NCBI RefSeq assembly: GCF_048593235.1
Contig: NC_133620.1
Coordinates: 290,609,765-290,673,764 of the forward strand
Length of the DNA: 64,000 bases
Source: Sminthopsis crassicaudata
Lineage: Eukaryota
Direction: 5' to 3'
The position numbers and the translations under genes are program-made. The notes beneath the pieces were generated by a model. That model saw only the letters and a list, made by a program, of their open reading frames with translations, ran no database searches and had not been told where the DNA came from. This document shows positions 54,577 to 64,000 of the stretch, piece after piece; positions within the stretch are counted from its first letter, which is position 1; each line of letters begins with the position of its first letter.

Positions 54577-56729
54577 ACTCCCTTTTCTTGTTTAGCCGGG
54601 ATGCTCATCTCATCAAAATCATTTTAACATCAACAACAGCTCACTTAATGAGATTACGTAGAACAAAGGCAGACAAAAAAATAAAACAGTAAGAGCTAGG
54701 CTGTAGAGGGCTGAAACTCCAAAAAGGTATGCTTGAATCAGACAACCAAGCACTTGAGGCTAATTACCTATTCAATGTGAGACAATGACTATTAGCATAT
54801 ATTTGGGTAAATGGCTCTTCTTACTGTTGGTGCTTGCTGAATGTTTGGTGTTAAGATAATCAGAGACAGGGATTGGAGAGTGGGGGGAGAGGGGTGAGAG
54901 AGGCTGGTGATTCTGGACTCCAGGATCCAGGACCCATCGTTGGTGAGCCTCGTGGCAGCTTGCCTGCCTCCTGCACTTCTCCCCCTAAAGATCAAGGACT
55001 TTTACTAATCCTGACTCTGACTGACCCTGAGGCCTTCCAGGGAGCTAGCCCATACTCTACATTAGGCCCAACAGGGATCCAAACCAAGAAAAGATTATGA
55101 TATCTTGGGTATTACAATACCCTTACAATATCCCAGTGTAGTGAAAAGAGTGTTAAACTTAGAATTCAGGTAGAATAGTGTATATAGATAGCACCAACCC
55201 TCAAGTCAGGATGAAGTCAGGCAGGCCTCAGACACTTACTAGCTATGTGACCCTAGGTAAGTCACTTAACCCCATTGCCTCCAAAAAAAGTCAAGGAGGT
55301 CTGAGGCCTAATTCTGATTCTAAAAAAGTCATGTTGTTGACCTCTTTGTAAACCTCAGTTTCCTTATTGATAAAATGGATGTAATCATGCTTTCCCTACC
55401 CATATTATGTTTTGAAAGCCTAAAAACATCAGAATATGAGCTATTTTTATAGCCTGGGCTGTTGATTAGAGAAAATAGTATCTCTGTTCTCTCTAGAATG
55501 TCCCACCCTCACCCCCTCCAAGACATCTCAATCTTGCCTCAGGTTCTTCTGTCATGGTCTTTATCTTCTTAACTTCCAGTACTCCCTCAGAATCAAAAAG
55601 GGAAATATGGAAAGAAATTGCTGCTTTCTGAAATAAACCAAACTAAAGAGGCAGGGGCCCTAAGGAAGTGGGCAGGAAGGGCAGAGTCAGGACACCCAGC
55701 CACAGAGCTATAGGAAATCTGAGCTCTTCCAAGTCAGTATTTTTCGGGTTTATGAGTCTGGAACGATACTGGGCACTGGGAGGGAGTACGAAAGAAGAAT
55801 CAGATAGTCTCTTTTTTTCAGGAGCTTTTTACATAGCAGAGACCAGCTGTAACCAGAGCAATAGTGAGAAGTGGTATAATCTAAATTCTGTTGGCATTCA
55901 GTAAAGGATGAACAGGGATTTCTGCCTTAGAAGCAATTAGCTAATCAGAGCAGGCTCTCAGGCTGGTGCTAACCAATCAGATGCATATTTTTTTTACTTC
56001 CTCTTTTCCCTCTTCCTCCTACTCCTCAGATCTTTCCTCCCTCTTCTCTAACCCCTCCTCCCCCAAGCATGTGGCTTAGGATATTAATAGCATCCCAGCT
56101 GCAGGAAGTGGGGGGGGGGCAAGTTTATGAGTGGAACAGGTCCTAGCTTTTTGGCCGTTCTATTTCTAGCCAATACGCAGCCTCTGGGGAGAGGGCGGAG
56201 GTGGGTTGGCTGAGTGAAAATTAGTTTCCAAGAAAGTCCACTGAGGGCCTGGAGCTAGTAAAGGGGAACTGGTGATCTGGAAAGCAGTCTTATATATCTT
56301 GATAAAGAAAGAGAACATTTCAGACTTGGAGAAGGGAACCATGAGAAAGGACCTCCAAACCAGAAGAAAAATCAGGCCAATAGAGGAATTGAGAAAGTTT
56401 TCCCCAAACCTAAAAAACATTAGGAAGTTGAAGAAAAATGTAGAATCTCCTTCAAACAGAAAAATGCAGGAAAGAGAATCAGGCAAAATACCTGAGGCTT
56501 GAGGAGTGAGGGGAAGGGAGAGAGCTTGAAACTTGGGAGGTGAAGAGCAAGTAAAGGATGCAGTGACCACTATGCTAGGCTGAGAAAAGCAAAAAAGATA
56601 AGACAAATGAGATTTTGATCAGACATCATCAGATCAAGCTAATTTATTAGCAATATAAATGACAGACTGAAACGATGGACTAGAGACAGGGGATTAGGAA
56701 GCTATTTGCAATGGGCTAGGGAAGTAGCA

Positions 56730-56960
56730 GGAATAGTTAGGTGGCACAGTGAATAGAGCTCTAATCCTAGAGTCAGGAAGACATCTTTCTGGGTCAAATC
56801 TGGCCTCAGATATTAATTAGTTATGTGACCCTGGGCAAGTCATTTAACCCCATTTGTCTCAGTTTTCTTATCTATAAAAATGATCTGGAGAAAGAAATGA
56901 CATGTCACTCCAGGATCTTTGCCAAGAAAATCTTAAACATAGTCACGAAGAATCAAGCAT
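56730..56960 (+). mobile_element. MAR1/MIR-type SINE
   Basis: AGGTGGCACAGTGAATAGAGC..GTGACCCTGGGCAAGTCATTTAACC..GGAGAAAGAAATGACA..CTCCAGGATCTTTGCCAAGAAAA. Boundaries approximate. Confidence 0.75.
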
Positions 56961-59200
56961 AACTGACCAACAAGACAGATAACAAGAAGGGCCTGGACTA
57001 GAGCCAACTGTGTGGGCAAAAAACAAATGAATGCTAGAGATGGATGTGGAATTATTAGAAATTAGTGATAGCTTTATTGTGAAAAGGGAGAGAAGGGAGA
57101 GTCTAATAATGCCAAAGTTTTCCAAATGAAGATAGCTGAAAGGTTATTTCCTTGAAAATAAAGAGATAGAGGGGAGATAATTTTAGTCTTGAATATTCAT
57201 CAATTCATTCAAAAGTATTTATTATGTAGCTACTTACCTACTAGCTAATGTGTAAAACTCTGAGGCTACCAAGTATCTATTTCCAGGTTGCTGACATTCT
57301 ATCAAGGAGAAAAACCACACATTTACCTGTTAAATTTGAGGTGCCTGTGGTATGTTCATGTGAAGGTGCTGAGATGTGAGAAATGAAGGGTGACAGATTA
57401 CTCTAGCAGCAATGGAATCCCCAGGCCAGTGTCAGTTTTTTTTGTGAAAGAATTCGAAGTTCTGATCTCCAGGCAAGGGTTTTTGGCAAAAAAAAAAAAT
57501 GGGTTTATTACACTGAGAAACAACTCTCAAAAGGAACTTAGCAAAAGTAGGTTTTGGCAAAGGTGGGTTTACACTGAGAAATAACTTCCCAGTGGGCCAA
57601 ACCCAGAAAGGAATTTTAGCAAAGGTTTTGGGTATAGTCTTTGATTATTTTGGACTTTTATGACCTGAGGCTAGGAGGTGGTCTTCAGATAAATTTGAGG
57701 CACTAATTTTCAATTCAATAAAGGATGGTGATTGTTTCCCAGACCAAAGTGATTATCAGATCACTGGGAGTGGGAGATTCCTATAGGAACCAGATAGCTT
57801 TCCCAAGGGAGATTCAGATGGGTGGGGATCATTTTTAGGAATTTCCCCAGGCCAGGTGGTCCACCCCTCACAAAGATCAGGGAGACATAGAGTCCTTATT
57901 ACATGAAAGGTACCTGTAGGTTGTTGGGGATGTGAAGCTGGCACAAAGAAGAGAAGTCATAGCTGGAGATACAGATTTGTGGATCACTCAAATAAAAGTA
58001 ATAATTGGAAGTCTTATGAGCCAATGAGATTGATAAAGAAGAGTAGAAGACAGAAGAGGGTTAAGGACTGAATCTTGGAGGAACACTTAAGGAAGAGAAT
58101 GAGTAATTAGAAAAGTGATTTAGTCAATGGAGAACCAGGAGTGTTTCTGAAGTCCAGGGAATAATGATTATTTAGTAGGACTCAATAATATCAAGGATTG
58201 TCAAGAGATGAAGGAGGATGGCCACTCAAAAAGGTGTTTAGACTTGTAAGTTAATGAAAGATTAATAGTGACTTTGATAAAACATTTTTAGTGAAATGAT
58301 GGGGATGAGAAGGGAGCAGTGAAAAAAAAACCATAAAATTCCAAGAAAGTCCATGAAAGTCCATATAAGATGCTAGTGGAATGACTGATGGAACAAGATT
58401 CTGAAGAAAGATAAAATAATAGGAGCTGGAAAACAAGTAAACGGCTGAGAGCACAGTAAGGATAGCTTTAAAAAAATAGATGGAAAAAAGTATAGGATGG
58501 CATTTTGGATAACAAAAGAAGGGAGCAGAGGCAGCTGATGTCAGGTGATCTCAGCTGTGTTGAAGAAATAGGGAGTTATGGCCTTTGATGGAAGTGGGGG
58601 TGGGGAATGGATCTTGGAATTTGAGAGGAAAAAAGGAATAGAGAATTGATGAGAACAGAACAAAAGGGTTTTCAAGCAACAGTTTCCTGTTTCCTTGGTT
58701 TGGCCCAGATTTTTTTTTTTTTTTTTGGTAGAGTTGTGATTTCATCCTTGTGAAGAGACTCTAGTGAAGGAAACTCCCTCCTCCAATGCATATGGATGAC
58801 TTGTCTTCAATCATAGCCTTAGAAGTTTGCTCAGGGCTCTGAGAAGTTTAAGTGGCTAACCCTCGATTGCACAGTGTTAGAAATAAAACTGGAGCCCAAA
58901 TTTTTCTGACTCCAAGAATGGCTTTCTAACTGCTGTGCAACATTGGCTCCTTCTTTACTATAAGTTATTGCAGATGAAATAATTCAATTTTGTGACTCTA
59001 GCAACATTAATAGTTTTGAAGTATCAGCAGAAAATTCAGAGTTGAAAATTAGCAGGGTTGGGAGTAGCAAAAGTTCATTAAAATAAGCATTTTCTGTGGA
59101 GTGTAATACATTACTATGTAGTATAGACTAGTACTTTACATTAGTGATATGATATAAAATAAAAAACAAAATGAGGGAAGCACATTGGAAAAGGAATGGA

Positions 59201-59712
59201 TGTTATGGACCAGAACTCTGTACTTAAGGATTCTTACAAGGTGCTAACTCAGTGGAATTGATAAGACAATGGTTATCTAATTTAGCATGGTGCTTAATAG
59301 TTCTCTAGTTCAGTACATGTACTTAGTACTACAAGATTCACACCTATGATGTAATTAAAATAGAGCATATAAAGCTGGGTCAGACTCGGCCAGAGACATT
59401 CATTCCATCATCCACCTTTGTGGAAGCTGGAGGCTGAAGCACAAGCCCTCAGGACTCAGAGAGATTCACTTCATCTCACACCACCGTGGTGGCTGGCCTC
59501 CTGCACTTATCCACTAAACCAAGACTTCAGAAGGACTCAAGAAAGCTAGCCCGAGCCCCAGGCAAGGAAACTAGATTGTGTAGGAGATAATAAAGGATTT
59601 GGACTTCAACACGTGGCTATTCTTATGGTGATTATTCAACTGAAAAGAAGGCTGGTTCAGAGACCTCCAGAAAACCAACAAGAACACTACATTTTGGCAC
59701 CCAATATGAGGC
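59201..59712 (+). mobile_element. ERV LTR (59201-59691) followed by a tRNA-Lys-type primer binding site (59695-59712)
   Basis: TG...CA termini, internal TATA-like box and AATAAA. TGGCACCCAATATGAGGC matches the PBS-Lys1,2 consensus TGGCGCCCAACGTGGGGC at 14/18, with mismatches largely at CpGs. Confidence 0.75.
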
Positions 59713-60024
59713 TGGGCAGCTTTCTGGAGAGTTTTTTAGACCGGCCTTGGTCTCAGTGGGGGAAGTGCAGGAGGCCAGCCACCACTGTGGTGTGAGATGA
59801 AGTGAATGAATCTGGCTCTGTGCCCCAGCTTATATATGCTCTACACTGAGTATAAACCAATCATTATATCACTAAGAAACCATTATTTGTTGTAAGATTA
59901 AATCAATCATACTGAATTTAGAGAACTATTAAGCATCATGCTAAACTAGATCACCATTGTCTTATCAATTCCACTGACTTAACACCTTGTAAGAATCCTT
60001 GTTTTAGAGTTCTGGTCCCTAACA
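59713..60024 (-). mobile_element. Second, 3'-truncated related LTR in inverted orientation
   Basis: Reverse complement TGTTAGGGACCAGAACTCT..GGATTCTTACAAGGTG..CAGTGGAATTGATAAGACAATGG aligns with the start of the 59201 LTR. Confidence 0.75.
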
Positions 60025-60089
60025 CTATAGTAAGCAAGTTCTGTTTTTTTGGTTTTTGTTTGTTTGTTTTTTGATTGTTTTGTTTTGTT

Positions 60090-60470
60090 TTTGTTTTTAC
60101 TTTTTTGAAAATCTGGACAACATTTACCTTTTCCCAATGAAGTAGCATCTCTTCAGATTTTTGTATCTTTCATATGACATTGACAATGACTCAGCAATCA
60201 CATCTGCCACTTCTTTCAGGATCCAAGCATATGGCTGTTTTGTTTGAGCAAGGTCATTGGAACTCATCAGTGGCAGCTAGGTATCTTCTTAATATCTCTT
60301 TACTTATCTTGGATATCAATACGATCATAGTAATTTCTATTCTGATTTTTTCCCCATTGTAGAGGTCATTCTACTTTGCAGAGAAAATATAACGAAGTTA
60401 GAATTTCTCTGCTTTCTCTATTGTCAGTTATCATTGTCCCATCTGCTCTAAAACAAAGTTCTATACTTCT
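60090..60470 (-). mobile_element. CR1/L3 LINE ORF2 remnant
   Basis: Minus-strand translation WEKVNVVQIFKK matches the CR1/L3 W..ANV.PIFKK motif. Boundaries approximate. Confidence 0.55.
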
Positions 60471-61200
60471 ACCTGTTAAGGGACAGGTCAATTCTCCGAG
60501 AGCCTCCACAGCTGTGGATCATAGCATCTGAAGGAGCTTCAGGGCAGCCTTTGCTGACACAAGTGTTGCAGATTGGGAATGAGATAAATTGGAGGCTCAG
60601 AGGGAAGAGGAGAGAGATCAGAGAACACAACTGCCTCTCAGTCTCCTTGTATCCTCCTCTCACAAGAGGAGATCCATTCTGGTTGGATCTCCAGCAGCTA
60701 CTGTCAGGTGGCTCTCATGTATTCTAACACCTACCAATATAATTTTTTTTTTTTTTTTTTTGAGAGGCAATTGGAGTTAAGTGATTTGCCCAGGGTCACA
60801 CAGTCAATGACTAAGGCTGGATTTAAACTCAGGTCTTCTTGACTCCAGAGCTGGGACTCTATCTACTGTACCATTATAATTTCTTTCTTCAACAAAGAAA
60901 CAATCATTTTATTACCCTTAGTTTCCTTGATCAAGCTCAGATCACTCTGAATCTTATCCTTCTTGACACTGAAGGGGATACCCGACTTAGAGCTTCTAAG
61001 TGAAATATGGGAATAATCCTAAGGTCCTCGACCTTAAAGTGCTATTATGCCTTAGGATAGTCCTACAAACGGTGCTGACTGTCTGATTTGTCTGATAAGA
61101 CAATAGTGAATACACCAATCCTCAGTTGTGGCTCTGGGCCATAAAATTAGCATATCAGTGACAGGAAAAATTGAATCTCTCTCTTATAAATTTGTCTTTT

Positions 61201-61336
61201 TTCCTGAGGCTGGGGTTAAGTGACTTGCCCAGGGTCACACAGCTAGGAAGTGTTAAGTGTGTGAGACCAGATTTGAACTCGGGTCCTCCTGAATTCAAGG
61301 CTGGTGCTCTATCCACTACGCCACCTAGCTGCCCCC
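61201..61336 (-). mobile_element. Full-length WSINE1-type SINE with TSD
   Basis: TSD TAAATTTGTCTTTT at 61187-61200 and 61337-61350. Confidence 0.9.
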
Positions 61337-61446
61337 TAAATTTGTCTTTTTGTCCCTGGTTCTTTGCTAAATCCTTTTGAAACTTAGCTCACTTCAATTG
61401 ACGTTATAATTACAGTAAACCTTGCCACTTAATTTGGAGATGGATT

Positions 61447-64000
61447 TGATGAAGTTAGTGGCAGTGCAGAGAATTATGGAAATCCCCTTTTGGTCAACAC
61501 AGGTTCTTCATGAAAGAATTCACAAACCTGAAATATTAATGGCAAAAATGGAGGTTTATTGTTGGATATATCGGAAGCCAGCTTTGTTAAGAGACTGACT
61601 TCCTCAATGACAGAGTCCTATTATTGAAATGGAGGCTGGCACTAAGAAGAGAATGCCTTCTCAGCAGGCAGGTTCCTACTTTGAACATTCTGCAAAGAAG
61701 TGAATAAAAGGAAACCTATTTTATGAGTAGCTGGGGGAGGGGCAGGGGCAGTTTGAGCTGATCAGACCAGGATCTCCCAAATGATATTGCTTTGAAGGTT
61801 TTTTTAGCCTCAATTTGAATGGGCATCTGGTTAGCAATGGCCAGCCTGAGAAACACAAACTCCACAGAGCCTAGGAGACTCTGATCACTTAGATCAAAAA
61901 AGGGACACAATTTCAGAGTGATAATTTTACACATTAAAGGGAACTCAGTTTCACTTCAAGGTTCGAGCCTACAAATTCTTTTGAGATACTTCCCAACACT
62001 GGTCTTGATGCGGGCGTAGCCCCCTTTAAGATTGCTTGTCTGATATACCTTTGGGACTGATCTTTGATTTACAAGATCTGGTCAAAACCCCAAGGGGAGA
62101 GATCAGTATCTGAGCCAGTTTGGGCTTGTACCCAACCCCCAACTATCTGCTCAGGTTTCCCCAAAACAGTTTCTTCATTATCTGAAAAGCCCACCAAAAA
62201 TCTGGCCTTCTAGGAATCAACCTGAGCTCCGCCCATATGCTCCTTCAAGCAGATAAAGGCAGCAAAGGTGGAGTTGTCTTTTGTCAGAGAGTTGATAGAT
62301 ACCAGCAAAGATGCTTTGCATCAGAGACTCTGTCCCGATGCTTTCAGAGTATATCTTCCTCTATCTAATGCCTTTTACTAACCAGATTTTAACCTTGCTT
62401 CCAAAACTTGCAATAAATCTTGTTTTTACCCATCTAGGTTTTCAGGCCTGTAAATTCCTTTACAGGGGACTCTCACCGCCACTAGACCTGATTTAACTTT
62501 GTATCCTTGCACCGAATCCTAAGGGGTTGCAGGGGAGCTCCATGTGACTCCCTGTACCCCAATCCTGCCACTAGACCTCAATTAATCCTATTGAGGTATA
62601 TACCTCACCATTAGGTATTTACCTCAATTATTTGGTTCCCTATTACCTCATCATTTTACCTCATCAGTCTGAGACCCTAACCTTTTGGGGTCCTTTCTGA
62701 ACCTCAACATTTGGGGCCTTGTACAGGGGAGTCTGGCCTCCCCTGGCTTTATCCCCTTCTTGTTGAGGTAAGCCCTCAATCCTATAGCTGGAACATCCCA
62801 AGCACCTGGGAGAAGGCTTGTCCAGGTTGTCTTGAGCCCCACATTTAGCTAGTGACTGCTGGGGATCTAATTCTGATCAGCAGAATAGATCATATTATTT
62901 GAGAGGATGATAGAGATACAAGGAGATGGAGAGACAGTTGCAGTGAAAATCTCTTAAATTCTCTCTTTATTCCATTCCCAATACAGAATACATATATATT
63001 CTTTCCCAAGCAACATCTGCATCAGTAAATTTGTTTTTATGAGCTCCAGACTTCTCTGGGTCATGTGGTCTTTCCTTGAGTTTGTCAGCTCTTCTCAGAG
63101 AGTTAGATAAAGATTACCAAAACATTCCTTTAGTTTCTCTAGTATGCTGTGATTCACAGCTGTGGGGATGGTGGTGGAGGAGAGGTTTGGAGAACTGAGC
63201 CAATCCTTAAAGGTGCAGTTCCCTTGAACTTTTTGACAGGCAATCTGAGTTCCACAAGTAAGCATGGTCCTCAACACTTAGGTAACCTTTGCCACTTTTC
63301 CACCTTCTCTGGGACATCAGAGGAGATGAGATGTTATAGGCTGACATTTGGCAAAGAAATTTTATGGCTTTTGGCAAAGATGTGACAGTCCTCCTTCATA
63401 TCAATTTTTTTTTCTGTGTCTAAGTCTTTGTGTGGAACATCTGAGTCATATTTGTTCTGTGAGCTAGATTTTGTTACCTGGAAAGATTTAAAATTCAACC
63501 AGCAAGAAAAAAAAAACTTCTATGCTGTAGTTGATATTCTCGGAAAGATTTCTTAACGTCCTTGATTCTCACATTAAAAGGGGAAAAAAGCCTGACTTTT
63601 TTTCCTGTGGACTGAATCTGGCCAAGCTGAGGGGCTACAGAAAAGAAATTAGCTAATTAAAAATATAGAACTGCTAAAATAACATCTTAGCAGATTCTTA
63701 AAGTTTTGAGAGCAATGACTAAGGAGCTTGGCAATTACTCATTTTAAGATTGCAAGAAAAAAATTCCTGAAACATTGGAGATAATTCCAGGAATTTACCC
63801 CATTCTGAAAGAAGGGAGTAAAAAAAAAGAAAGAAAAACAAATTAGGAAAATAGCAACTTTTTTGCTAACCCTTCTTGACACCTATTTTGTCTGGAGTCT
63901 CCTTCTTCTCCATTGGGAAAGCATCCCAGAAGGTATTCAGGGATCTTCTCCACAACCCTGATCACTCAGCATGCTCCATTCCCTGGAATCCTGAGTGCAA
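61447..64000. mobile_element. LTR/ERV-like remnant cluster (family and boundaries unresolved)
   Basis: LTR-like blocks with poly(A) signals on opposite strands (near 61555 minus, near 62412 plus), short internal repeats (CCACTAGACCT, TTACCTCA), no long ORF. Confidence 0.35.

Noticed and set aside
55973-55980. CTGATTGG Y-box as an MHC class II SXY promoter
   Set aside because: No X/X2 box at the required ~20-bp spacing and no class II leader exon.

Overview
Marsupial genomic DNA, probably a dasyurid judging by WSINE1-type SINEs and an OC1-like hAT MITE. It covers the MHC extended class II region in reverse orientation relative to human: RING1 (5' part, -), MIR219-1 (-), HSD17B8/KE6 (-), SLC39A7/ZIP7/KE4 (-), RXRB (+) and a complete 66-exon COL11A2 (+). 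About 12 kb of repeat-rich sequence (SINEs, L2/L3, LTR/ERV remnants) follows, with no recognisable gene. Exon structures were read by hand from splice sites and by comparison with the human proteins from memory; no database search was run. Most notable observations: (1) an in-frame, phase-0, 87-codon Arg-rich candidate cassette exon between COL11A2 exons 6 and 7, analogous to the basic exon 6B of COL11A1; (2) the eutherian long RXRB N-terminus is recognisable but broken by two stops and a frameshift, leaving uORFs upstream of an internal Met; (3) a 36-bp tandem expansion of the His-rich ZIP7 ectodomain; (4) a repeat/ETS-motif-rich COL11A2 intron 8 and an inverted LTR pair. Two assembly gaps (239-386, 51023-51190) indicate a draft assembly, so single-base claims need read support.
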